Below are positions 24,626-32,779 of a DNA stretch of 43,975 nt, piece after piece. The DNA is from a virus (taxonomy: Duplodnaviria; Caudoviricetes), in IMG/VR virus record IMGVR_UViG_3300038393_001848, positions 1-43,975 of that record; one strand, 5' to 3'. The notes beneath the pieces were generated by a model, which worked only from the letters and a program-made list of their open reading frames with translations, was not told the DNA's origin and did not search any database. A program made the translations under genes and the position numbers. Within the stretch, counting starts at the first letter, position 1. Each line of letters opens with the position of its first letter.

Positions 24626-24948
24626 AGCAATTCCCGCCCTTGCCAGATGCCGCGCAGCCGGTCGGCTTGCCCCCACGGGCTGCGCGGCGACCCGACTGGC
24701 CGCGGCTGATGAACGAAGCCGACGCGGCAGCCTATCTGTCGATCGGCACGACCAAGCTGCGCGAATCCGGCCCGGCGCCGAAGCGCTGGGACGGCCGCAC
24801 CTTGTGGGACCGGCGCGACCTGGACCGGTTCGCCGATGCGCTCGCCGGGCAGCCGCTTGACGACGCCGACACGGCGGGGCAGTCGAAGGACGTCGAACGC
24901 AATTTCCTCGATCGGCGTTCGAAGCGGAAAGGGCAGGGCAATGGCTGA
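24622..24948 (+). CDS. Excisionase-like HTH protein
   Basis: WPRLMNEADAAAYLSIGTTKLR...GRTLWDRRDLDRFAD upstream of the integrase. Confidence 0.75.
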   Translation: MKQFPPLPDAAQPVGLPPRAARRPDWPRLMNEADAAAYLSIGTTKLRESGPAPKRWDGRTLWDRRDLDRFADALAGQPLDDADTAGQSKDVERNFLDRRSKRKGQGNG

Positions 24949-25126
24949 CGGGCCTACGATCGGCGAGCTTAAGGCCGCCTGCGACGAAGCCGATGCGCGC
25001 GTCGATCGCGCCAGGTCGGCGCTGCTGGCGGCTCAAACGGAATTGGACGCCGCACGGCGTGCTTCGCGCGAAGCCGATGCCGCGCTGATCGCCGCCGAAA
25101 CCCGGGCCGAACTGGCGCGCAGGTGA
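24941..25126 (+). CDS. Small coiled-coil hypothetical protein
   Basis: ATG 24941; GTGA overlap with int. Confidence 0.55.
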   Translation: MADGPTIGELKAACDEADARVDRARSALLAAQTELDAARRASREADAALIAAETRAELARR

Positions 25127-26184
25127 CCGCCGACCCGCCGCGGCTGCCGTTCGTCAATGCCGTCAGCAACGGCAAGGGTGGCCGCTTCCATTATTTCCGC
25201 AGCAAGGAAACCGGCCACATCCGGCTGAAGGGCCAGCCGGGCACCGCAGAGTTTCACGGCAGCTACACCGCCGCCCTCGCGCTGCGCGAGCGCATCCGCA
25301 GCGCCCAGGCCGACGAAGACCAGTCGACCTTCACCTGGCTGGCTGATCGCTTCCTGGGCAGCGCAGAATTCGCCGCGCTCGCCGACGACACGCAAAAGGA
25401 TTATCTGGCGATCGCCGCCGTGCTGAAGGCCGAACTGGGCGACCAGCCGTGGCGCTTCATCACCCGCGCCATGCTGAAGGCCGTGCGCGACGATTATGCC
25501 GACACCGCGCGCAAGGCCAACAAGCTGGCTGCACTCACGTCACGCATCTATGGCTGGGGCAACGAAGCCGACCTGGTCCCCGACGGCCTGAACCCCGCGA
25601 TCGGCCTGAAAAAGCTGAAACGCAAGGGCGGAGCGAAGGAATACGTGCCTTGGTCCGACCCCGAACTGGGCTGGTATTGCGCCGCCGCACCCATGCACGC
25701 GCTAACCCCAGTGCTGATCGCGCTCTATACCGGCCAGCGGCGGAAGGATTGCCGACTGATGACCTGGCAGCAGGACCAGGGCACCATCATTCGGGTGCGC
25801 ACAGCGAAGACCGGCGAACTGATCGACATGCCCTGCCACCCCGCGCTGCGCGCTCACCTGGACCTGGTGCGCAAGTCGGCGAAGGTGGTCAGCCTGACTG
25901 GGCCGATTTGCCTGTCCGACAAGGGCACCCCCTGGACGACCGACAACGCCATGTCGGGGGCCGTTCGGCGGGTCATCGAAGCGCACCCGCGAATCCCCAA
26001 CAACCGCGGGCTGCACGGCGTTCGCTACGCCGCCGCAGGCCGCATGGAAGAGGGTGGCGCGACCGTGGCGGCGATCGAAGCCGTGCTGGGGCACCGCACG
26101 TTCCGCATGGCGATGAAATACGCCAGCGCCCGCCTGCGGGCCGCCCAGGGCATTGCGGCGATGAAAGGAAGCGACAATGGCTGA
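25123..26184 (+). CDS. int: Tyrosine recombinase / integrase
   Basis: YTGQRR (R), TAKTG (K), HGVR (HxxR), LGH, MKY. Confidence 0.93.
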   Translation: MTADPPRLPFVNAVSNGKGGRFHYFRSKETGHIRLKGQPGTAEFHGSYTAALALRERIRSAQADEDQSTFTWLADRFLGSAEFAALADDTQKDYLAIAAVLKAELGDQPWRFITRAMLKAVRDDYADTARKANKLAALTSRIYGWGNEADLVPDGLNPAIGLKKLKRKGGAKEYVPWSDPELGWYCAAAPMHALTPVLIALYTGQRRKDCRLMTWQQDQGTIIRVRTAKTGELIDMPCHPALRAHLDLVRKSAKVVSLTGPICLSDKGTPWTTDNAMSGAVRRVIEAHPRIPNNRGLHGVRYAAAGRMEEGGATVAAIEAVLGHRTFRMAMKYASARLRAAQGIAAMKGSDNG

Positions 26185-26389
26185 CGACCCGACCTGCACC
26201 AACTGCGGGCGGCCCTATGGCGAGCATTCGCGATCGGCGCGGTTCGCTTACTGCCCGTCCGATTACAACGACGGCGACGACGACATGACGTTCAGCGACC
26301 TGCCGCCGGTTCGCCAGTCGCTGTTCGAACGCATGGCCACTGTCCAGCGCCTGTCGCCGCAGCCCGTGCCCAACTTCCGCCGGCGCTAA
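26177..26389 (+). CDS. Small Cys/His protein
   Basis: CTNCG...H...C; AAGGA RBS inside the int 3' end. Confidence 0.55.
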   Translation: MADDPTCTNCGRPYGEHSRSARFAYCPSDYNDGDDDMTFSDLPPVRQSLFERMATVQRLSPQPVPNFRRR

Positions 26390-26601
26390 TGGCTGTCGAA
26401 ACCACCCTGATCTGCGACGGCTGCGGCAAACGCGTCGCCTCGAGCCGTGACGGGCTGCGCCATGCGAAGGCCGACGCGCATCTGAACCACGGCGCGGCGG
26501 TCACGCTGGGCGGCGGGGTTCGCTGCCGCGACTGCCGCAAGGCGGCTGCCTCGAGCGCCGGCGCGCCGATCGTCGGCCATTCGGTCGGGACCCAGCGCTA
26601 A
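26389..26601 (+). CDS. Small zinc-ribbon protein
   Basis: CDGC ... CRDC; TAATG coupling. Confidence 0.6.
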   Translation: MAVETTLICDGCGKRVASSRDGLRHAKADAHLNHGAAVTLGGGVRCRDCRKAAASSAGAPIVGHSVGTQR

Positions 26602-26807
26602 TGGCCTTGTCGTCGCCCGATGATCTGCCGCCGGCCGAAGTCGGGCGCGCCGGATTCGACCTACGGCTAAGCCCGCACCTGCAGTTCCCGAATTACATGG
26701 TCGCCCGCATGACCCACGCCGACGGCGGCGCCATGCTGATGGTCGATCTGGACCGCGACCAGGCGACCGAACTGCGCGACTGGCTGACCACTTGGCTAAC
26801 CGCTTAA
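26601..26807 (+). CDS. Hypothetical protein
   Basis: TAATG coupling; LDRDQATELRDWL. Confidence 0.6.
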   Translation: MALSSPDDLPPAEVGRAGFDLRLSPHLQFPNYMVARMTHADGGAMLMVDLDRDQATELRDWLTTWLTA

Positions 26808-26896
26808 TCCCGCAACCCGCCCGCCCCGACGGGCCTTGCGCGATGCGCTCGAGCCGGGCAAAGGCGGGCGCGAACGCAGCGCGAAACGAACGGGGA

Positions 26897-27105
26897 AAGT
26901 GAAAACCCGCACAGGTTAGAAGTGAAAACCCGGGGTCACCGCCGACCCGAAAAGCCTTGATTTCCAAGTGCATGGCCCGATGGCGGAGTGGTTACGCAGA
27001 GGACTGCAAATTCTCCCATAATGGCCGATTTCCGCCAGTGTTTTCACTTCCCGGCGGTGAAATCGACCGATGCCGCCCCATAGCAGCCCCGCCAAAGTGA
27101 AAACC
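26897..27105. other. attP region with AAGTGAAAAC arm-type repeats
   Basis: Direct copies at 26897, 26920 and 27095, inverted copy 27040-27049, flanking a tRNA fragment. Confidence 0.8.
26974..27011 (+). pseudogene. 5' half of tRNA-Cys(GCA), attP core
   Basis: GGCCCGA-TG-GCGGAGTGGTTACGC-A-GAGGA-CTGCAAA-T; no T-arm (GTTCGA) or acceptor 3' strand follows. Confidence 0.85.
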
Positions 27106-27116
27106 ACGACAGGCAC

Positions 27117-27145
27117 AAAAAAAGGCGGCACCCGAAGGTGCCGCC
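27117..27145 (-). terminator. Rho-independent terminator ending the late/lysis transcript
   Basis: GGCGGCACC-TTCG-GGTGCCGCC followed by T7 on the minus strand. Confidence 0.9.
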
Positions 27146-27169
27146 CGTCCAGCAATGTTGTCGGCGGGC

Positions 27170-27355
27170 TTACTCGCCGCAGTCCCCGAACAGCTTTTCA
27201 ACGTCCTTCGCTATGTGGCCTACCTGGCTGACGGCGTCGCGCAGCTGGGCTTCGGTCACGTCGAACTTATCGCACCAGTAGCGCACTTCCCACTGTTCGG
27301 TGAGACTGATGCGGTCGCGGTCGGGCTTGCCGCGCTTGGTCAGGTCATCGGCCAT
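27170..27355 (-). CDS. DUF3606 domain protein (61 aa)
   Basis: MADDLTKRG..DRDRI....WEVRYW...F.VT...LRDAV..VG. Confidence 0.85.
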   Translation of the reverse strand: MADDLTKRGKPDRDRISLTEQWEVRYWCDKFDVTEAQLRDAVSQVGHIAKDVEKLFGDCGE

Positions 27356-28022
27356 TGGTCGTTTTTCCTTCCGTTGACGGGGTCGGGTTCGCGGGCGGCG
27401 ATCGCAGGCGCTGCCAGGCTTCGGTCTGTCGGGCATACCAGTCGCGCCAGGTCAGGACTTCGGCGCGGTCCAAGTCGGCCTGCTCGGCTCGACCGACCAG
27501 CCAGCGCCACGGCACCGCGGCTTGCGCATCATCGCTTATTCCGGCGCCCGGCACTGGGGTGACGTCGGTGCGCCGGTTTCCGCCAGGCAGCGCACTTGCG
27601 GCAGCATGGGGTCGTTGATCACCGGCCGCGCCAGGCTGACCGGCGGCGGCGGAAAGGCCGGGATGATCGCCGGGTCGGCAACCAATTGCGGCGGCAGCGC
27701 CTGGCCCGCGCAGGCGCAGGTCGCCAGCGTCAACAGCAATATGACGGTTCGTTGCATCGTTCTGGTCCTTCAGGGTGGTGCTGATCTGCGCCGACAGGGC
27801 TTCGGCCTTGCGTCGGACGTCATCGGCCTTCGCCCGCATCGCGTCGAAACGCGCCTGCCACTGGGCGTCACGGGCGGCGACAATGTCAGCGTCGTGCGCC
27901 TTCACTTGGCCGCGGTGCCACGACAGCGCGAAATGCCACGCGAGCGCGAGCGCGAGCGCATACCAGACCCATTTCGGCACCAACTTCAGGGCGCCGGGGA
28001 TAGCGGTCAGCCAGGGCATCAT
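27345..28022 (-). CDS. Rz: Rz-like inner-membrane spanin
   Basis: N-terminal TM, coiled-coil, Pro/Ala stretch overlying a nested lipoprotein gene. Confidence 0.75.
   Translation of the reverse strand: MMPWLTAIPGALKLVPKWVWYALALALAWHFALSWHRGQVKAHDADIVAARDAQWQARFDAMRAKADDVRRKAEALSAQISTTLKDQNDATNRHIAVDAGDLRLRGPGAAAAIGCRPGDHPGLSAAAGQPGAAGDQRPHAAASALPGGNRRTDVTPVPGAGISDDAQAAVPWRWLVGRAEQADLDRAEVLTWRDWYARQTEAWQRLRSPPANPTPSTEGKTTNGR
27536..27757 (-). CDS. Rz1: Rz1-like outer-membrane lipoprotein spanin, embedded in Rz
   Basis: MQRTVILLLTLATCAC signal/lipobox, Pro-rich mature part, different frame fully inside Rz. Confidence 0.75.
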   Translation of the reverse strand: MQRTVILLLTLATCACAGQALPPQLVADPAIIPAFPPPPVSLARPVINDPMLPQVRCLAETGAPTSPQCRAPE

Positions 28023-28501
28023 TGCGGACTTCCTTCCTGCCACACCCAGGCGTCTTCGATGTCGACGTCGTCCAGGCTGGTTGCGAATTTTTTGCCGCGG
28101 CGTCCCTCTTGCGGGTCCAGCACGCGCGAGCCATCATAATAGACCAGGTGTCGACCATCCGGCCCTTGGTTCAGCGAAACAATCGACAGGAGCGCGCGGC
28201 GGCCCCACAGGAACTGGCGGAACACCTTGGGGTGCAACACGCCTGCGGCCCATCGAATCAGTGTGACAGACCGAAACTGCGGGCCTTCCGGGTTCGGCGC
28301 AGGATGATCTGGGTGCCGACCCAGATTTTCATAGTGAAAGCCCAGTGCTTCCAGCACGTAGCCGCAATTCGCCATACCCGATTTCGGGTGGAACTGACGG
28401 CAGCGCAGGCCAGCGGCGCGCACTTCCTCATAGGAACGACCGGTGAACATCGCGACCGCCGCGACGCCGCAGTCGCTGCGGCCTCGCTGCCTGATCAGCA
28501 C
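28019..28501 (-). CDS. C39-like papain-fold cysteine peptidase (160 aa)
   Basis: IRQRGRSDCGVAAVAM (Q-x5-C), HLVYYDG..VLDP (H, D). Confidence 0.7.
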   Translation of the reverse strand: MLIRQRGRSDCGVAAVAMFTGRSYEEVRAAGLRCRQFHPKSGMANCGYVLEALGFHYENLGRHPDHPAPNPEGPQFRSVTLIRWAAGVLHPKVFRQFLWGRRALLSIVSLNQGPDGRHLVYYDGSRVLDPQEGRRGKKFATSLDDVDIEDAWVWQEGSPQ

Positions 28502-29103
28502 TGGACGAACTGCCCATGATGCAGGAAGCCATGCCAAGTGCCAGTGTCGATCGACCCGGCGCCGGCAGCGCAAGTCGGCCCGTCTTTGTCGACGTGCAAC
28601 GTGCCGTCTTCTGGCCGACCGTGCCGCACCCAGCACTTGTGCACGTTGTCGTCGGGCATTGTGCAGTTTCGCGCCCGGCTGTCGATCATCCAGTCGTGGC
28701 CGTCAGGGCAACGCGCGACCAGGCATCGGCCGTCTGGCCCCTGCCAGATCGGGTTGTCGCGCTCGACAAACCAGCTGGCATTCCAGACCGCCCCGGGCGG
28801 GGCGTCGCGCAGGGTCGTTTCCTCGCCCGTGTCGGCGCGACGATAAATGCGCTGCGTGAACAGCTGCCAGGTGTCAGCTTCGCAGAAGCGATAATCGCAG
28901 CTTTCGCATTTGACCGGCCAGCGGGGGTCTTCGCGCGGATGATCGCCGTCGCACGTCGTCGGTTCATCGCCGGCGCGTTCGCCGATCGGCACCATCGCCT
29001 GATGGTAACCGCTTGGGCACGGTGGATCGTCCCGCCGAACGTAGCGCCGCAGCGCCACCCGATAGCGATCGGTCGGCTCGAGAAAGAACACCGGCGTCGG
29101 CAT
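28495..29103 (-). CDS. Cys/His-rich hypothetical protein (202 aa), DUF6527-like C-terminus
   Basis: 11 Cys; ends GSIDTGTWHGFLHHG; TGATG coupling to the endolysin. Confidence 0.65.
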   Translation of the reverse strand: MPTPVFFLEPTDRYRVALRRYVRRDDPPCPSGYHQAMVPIGERAGDEPTTCDGDHPREDPRWPVKCESCDYRFCEADTWQLFTQRIYRRADTGEETTLRDAPPGAVWNASWFVERDNPIWQGPDGRCLVARCPDGHDWMIDSRARNCTMPDDNVHKCWVRHGRPEDGTLHVDKDGPTCAAGAGSIDTGTWHGFLHHGQFVQC

Positions 29104-29705
29104 CAGGTCAGCCCCTTCATGCAAATGGCGATTTCGCGCTCGCGCCTGGCCGCCAGCCCGCGCAGCACGCGCCCGCCAGCCCGGTTCCACATGCGGAATG
29201 CCTGGCACCCGCCCCGCCAGTCGCGGGCATTGAAGCGCCGCGCCGCCGTCGATCGGCAGAAAGCCGGCCAGCCGATGTTGTGAGTCAGCAGCACGGCCGC
29301 GGCGCGCTGCTGATCGCGGCCCGATTCGCCCAGCGCTGGCGCGCAGGCCAGGACGTGCCGCCCGGCTTCGACCAGCGCCGCCTCGAGCATCGCCATGCAC
29401 TGCGCTTCGGTGAAGCGCTTGCCTGGGGTGATGCCCTTGCCGGTGATGCCGTCACAGGCGGTCGGAACCCCGACGACATCGCGATAAACGGCCAGGTAAA
29501 GCGGGCCACTGACGTGGCGGGCGGCGACCGAACCGTCGGGTTTCGCAATCACTTCGACCGTTCGCCCGCTTTCTTCGGCAGGCGTCTGGACGAACAGGAT
29601 GCCGGCCGCGATCGCGCCGACCAGCGCCGTCAGTGTTGCGCCCAGGGGCTTGCCCCCGGGCGCGCTCGACCCCTGGCGCGGGGCTTCCTCTCGCCCGTCA
29701 GGCAT
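29103..29705 (-). CDS. Endolysin, GH24 lysozyme, probable SAR type
   Basis: Gly/Ala-rich N-terminal TM, then E...YRDVVGVPTACDG, HNIG, WNRAGGRVLRGLAARR. Confidence 0.9.
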   Translation of the reverse strand: MPDGREEAPRQGSSAPGGKPLGATLTALVGAIAAGILFVQTPAEESGRTVEVIAKPDGSVAARHVSGPLYLAVYRDVVGVPTACDGITGKGITPGKRFTEAQCMAMLEAALVEAGRHVLACAPALGESGRDQQRAAAVLLTHNIGWPAFCRSTAARRFNARDWRGGCQAFRMWNRAGGRVLRGLAARREREIAICMKGLT

Positions 29706-29955
29706 TGCGGGGCGGCGCCTGCTTGATCGACCGCAGCGCCTGGACGATCACGCCCCACAGCGCGCCCAGGAGCGGCGCATAGGGCTTCAGATTGGCGGGC
29801 AGGAACGGCAGCAGGGCATTCACCACCGGAGTCAGCGACAGCGCATAAGTCGCGATCGCGGTGCCGATGATGTTCAGCCAGGTAGTCCACCAGCGCCACA
29901 TGCAATTGACATCGTCGACCAGATGCGCCCGCAGGCGCTTAAGCAAAGCGGTCAT
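29698..29955 (-). CDS. Holin candidate
   Basis: 85 aa, two TMs, LVDD...WRWW..W and R.IKQ pattern, upstream of the endolysin. Confidence 0.75.
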   Translation of the reverse strand: MTALLKRLRAHLVDDVNCMWRWWTTWLNIIGTAIATYALSLTPVVNALLPFLPANLKPYAPLLGALWGVIVQALRSIKQAPPRNA

Positions 29956-29973
29956 GGTTGAAGGTTCCTTCGG

Positions 29974-30168
29974 TTATTGAGCCGGCGGGTCGCCCGGCTT
30001 CGGCCAGGCGATTGCGCGCAATTGTTCGATCAGACCGTCCATGCGTTCGTCGCACGCGCCGTCGGGCGCATAGATGTCGCGAATAGCGCGCTTGATTCCG
30101 GGGCCGCTGCGGCTGTCGATCGTGCCGTTCAGGCTGCGCTGCTGGCGTTCTTCGGGGGTCATGGTCAT
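29974..30168 (-). CDS. 64-aa protein with NepR-like two-helix motif
   Basis: GIKRAIRDIY...DERMDGLIEQLR; ATGA-coupled start. Confidence 0.5.
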   Translation of the reverse strand: MTMTPEERQQRSLNGTIDSRSGPGIKRAIRDIYAPDGACDERMDGLIEQLRAIAWPKPGDPPAQ

Positions 30169-30563
30169 TGGGCCGCCTGGTCGATGCGAAGGGAATGGGC
30201 GCGGGCATCCTCGAGCAATTGTTGCGCCCGCTCGCGAATGTGGAGCATGGCCCCCGACGGGTCGGGCACCAGCTTGGCCAAGGCGATCAGCAGTTCGCAC
30301 GCCGACGCGATCGCGCTTTCCCTGATCAGATGCTTGTCCAGCGCCTTGCGCAGCAGGTCGACCAGGTCTTCCAGGTCGCCAATGCGCGACGTCAGCCGTT
30401 GCAGTTCGCCGGCATCGCGGTCGGCGTCGATCTTTGCCCGCGCTTCCTCACGCTCGGCATCCCCGCGCAGCGCCCGCCACACCGCCTTTACAGGCCACGG
30501 GGTGCCGACGCCGATCAGCGCGCCCAGCGCCAGCGGCGCGAGCGTCGCCCACAGATTCGCCAC
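30165..30563 (-). CDS. Membrane-anchored coiled-coil protein, first gene of the lysis cassette
   Basis: N-terminal TM; AAGGA RBS before GTG. Confidence 0.7.
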   Translation of the reverse strand: MANLWATLAPLALGALIGVGTPWPVKAVWRALRGDAEREEARAKIDADRDAGELQRLTSRIGDLEDLVDLLRKALDKHLIRESAIASACELLIALAKLVPDPSGAMLHIRERAQQLLEDARAHSLRIDQAAQ

Positions 30564-30664
30564 TAGTGGTTCCTTTCGGGACAGGCGCCCCCGCGCGAGG
30601 GCGCTTTGCGTCGATGTTTAATTAATGTTAGTTTTGCATCCGCTCGAAAGGGGGAAGGGAGCGG

Positions 30665-31702
30665 GTGCGTTCAGACATTCAGTGCCTTCGCGGTATAGCC
30701 GTCCTCTTGGTCATGTTCGCCCATGCCTTCCCCGTCTTTCACGGCGCGATCGGTGTGGACATGTTCTTCGTCATTTCAGGGTTCCTGATGACGAAAATGA
30801 TCACTGGCGACCTTGATCGGGATAAATTCACCTTCGGCAGCTTCTATCTGCGACGAGCGCGGCGGCTTCTGCCTGCTTCATTGGTCACGATCGGCGGCAC
30901 ACTGCTGATTGCGGCTTTCCTGCTCCCACAGCGAGCATGGCCCGACTTCGTTTGGCAACTCACCGGTGCGCTGACCTTCACCGCCAATTTCGTCGCCCAA
31001 AAGCAGCTGCTGCGCACTCACGTCATGCAGCCCCTGTCGCACTTCTGGTCGCTGTCCTTAGAGGAACAGTTCTATCTGGCCTTCCCCCTGCTGCTGCGCG
31101 TCACGCCACGGCGGTTTCGCTGGCACGCGATCTGTTTCCTGGCGGTCGAAAGTTTCGTCATAATGCTCGCGCTCGGGAACGGTTATTATCCGTTCTCACG
31201 GGCATGGGAACTGCTAGCCGGAAGCCTGGCCTACTTCGCACGCGACCAGCGGGCGGGCGCAACGGCCAAGTTCACCGCGCTGGCTTTGGTCGCGGCGGCG
31301 GTTGCCATTGATTCAATCCCCCTCGCCGTCGCCGCAACCGCCTTTATGTTGATTGGCGAAGACACTTGGCTGCGCTTTCGGCCCCTCGAGCGTGTCGGCG
31401 ACTGGTCCTACTCACTCTATCTCGTGCACTGGCCGCTCATCGCGTTCGCGGTAATCAGTGCGCCTGGGCCACTGGCAACGATCGCGGCCGTCGCTGCAGC
31501 TTTCCCTCTGGCCGCTATCCAATATCGCTTTGTCGAACAGGCCCTACGCCGTGAACAATCGGCGCTGGCCCTGGGTGAAAGTGATTCCGGTCTTAGCAAA
31601 TTTCTGCGTCCACGGCCCTGTCGCGCTGGTGTCCGACCAGATGAGGCCCAGCGACGTCGGATATTGCGTGTAGGACGCGTCGTTCCGCGCGGTCCAGTTT
31701 AA
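30665..31702 (+). CDS. Acyltransferase-3 (OafA/Oac-like) membrane O-acyltransferase moron
   Basis: RSDIQCLRGIAVLLV..H, GVDMFFVISGFLMT, FYLRRARRLLP, HFWSLSLEEQFY, GDWSYSLYLVHWP, YRFVE. Confidence 0.92.
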   Translation: MRSDIQCLRGIAVLLVMFAHAFPVFHGAIGVDMFFVISGFLMTKMITGDLDRDKFTFGSFYLRRARRLLPASLVTIGGTLLIAAFLLPQRAWPDFVWQLTGALTFTANFVAQKQLLRTHVMQPLSHFWSLSLEEQFYLAFPLLLRVTPRRFRWHAICFLAVESFVIMLALGNGYYPFSRAWELLAGSLAYFARDQRAGATAKFTALALVAAAVAIDSIPLAVAATAFMLIGEDTWLRFRPLERVGDWSYSLYLVHWPLIAFAVISAPGPLATIAAVAAAFPLAAIQYRFVEQALRREQSALALGESDSGLSKFLRPRPCRAGVRPDEAQRRRILRVGRVVPRGPV

Positions 31703-32779
31703 TTGGTTGATATTCTTCGCATTGCTCGCGCCGAAATCGTAACCGATGAAGGCGTTGGTCCCCGTTCCGTTGCATGCCCATAGCGTAGTCGTGTCGGGCT
31801 TGTTGTCGAAGGCATTGGTTGCGGGCAATCCAGCGAACGCGCTATCGGCAATCGGCGTCCCCCCGTTGCAGATGTCGAAACCGACATTTGGCGTTTCGAA
31901 CATCTCAATTTCGTGCGCGGCGACGTAGGCGCCGCCGCCATTCACCGCATTCGCCTTAGCTGCCCAGTAGCGATGCGCGACTTCGCCCCCAATGATCGGC
32001 CCGCCGATCGCTACTGTGCTGCCGGTGGCGTTGGTCGCCGTCACTTCGCACGTCAGCACCGCCCCGACGTCGCCGGCCTGAATCAGGAGGCTCGGGGAGG
32101 TCGCGCCGACAACGACAACCCCGTTCTTTTTCCATTGGTAGGCGATGCTCGTTGGCGCGTAGCACCAGGTTCCAGACGAACAAGTAACAGTTTGGCCAGC
32201 ACTATGATCGTTGCCTGAAATGGCAGGATACTGCCCCCAGCAGATGACCGGCGCGGATGCGACGATTGAAAAGCTCTTCGTCTCATTCGTGGACCACGTG
32301 AGGTCGCCGCTTGCATAGAACCCATACCAGGTTCCATCACTGCCGTTCGTGGTGTCCACAGACCCTTCGGCCACAAACCGCGTCGGCATTTCTTCAGGCG
32401 TAGCGTTGCCAACCAACTCGACTGAGTCCGGCGTAACGGGTGACGAGTAGCCCCTTAAGCCGGCGTAGCAGGAGCCGTCCGTTCCGGTGCGGCTCCAGTT
32501 CGTCGCGCTACTATCATCGAAGGCCGCGCTGGCGGCACTATTGACCGACCCGCTGCCGCCTTCGAAGGCCGTCGTCCCGGTCTTGCCGATTTCACTGCCA
32601 CCGAACTTAAAGTTGATCTCGACAAGTGAAGTTCGCGCGCTGCCAAACGGCCCCCAAAATTGGCCGTTGCGCAGGCTGCGCAAACGCAGCGCCGTGTATC
32701 CCGAAGGAGGGGGAGAACCGCCACCGCCAGCAATGGCACCACACTTCAGAAATGATAGCGGCCAGGTCGAGCGCAGCAT
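31544..32779 (-). CDS. Receptor-binding/tail appendage protein: two discoidin-like domains around an Ig-like domain
   Basis: SAAFDD....W and NAFDN....LW repeats; ISG...GQTVTCSSGTW...YQWKKNG; follows the fibre gene; visibly lower GC. Confidence 0.7.
   Translation of the reverse strand: MLRSTWPLSFLKCGAIAGGGGSPPPSGYTALRLRSLRNGQFWGPFGSARTSLVEINFKFGGSEIGKTGTTAFEGGSGSVNSAASAAFDDSSATNWSRTGTDGSCYAGLRGYSSPVTPDSVELVGNATPEEMPTRFVAEGSVDTTNGSDGTWYGFYASGDLTWSTNETKSFSIVASAPVICWGQYPAISGNDHSAGQTVTCSSGTWCYAPTSIAYQWKKNGVVVVGATSPSLLIQAGDVGAVLTCEVTATNATGSTVAIGGPIIGGEVAHRYWAAKANAVNGGGAYVAAHEIEMFETPNVGFDICNGGTPIADSAFAGLPATNAFDNKPDTTTLWACNGTGTNAFIGYDFGASNAKNINQLNWTARNDASYTQYPTSLGLIWSDTSATGPWTQKFAKTGITFTQGQRRLFTA

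Noticed and set aside
26974-27050. Intact tRNA-Cys gene
   Set aside because: No T-arm, no 3' acceptor strand and no CCA; only the 5' half is present
30610-30640. CtrA box upstream of the acyltransferase
   Set aside because: TTAATTAA is present, but there is no TTAA-N7-TTAA spacing
19194-31702. ACP and acyltransferase-3 as one biosynthetic pathway
   Set aside because: They are 11 kb apart in different transcription units; characterised AT3 O-acetylases generally use acetyl-CoA; no linking evidence in the sequence
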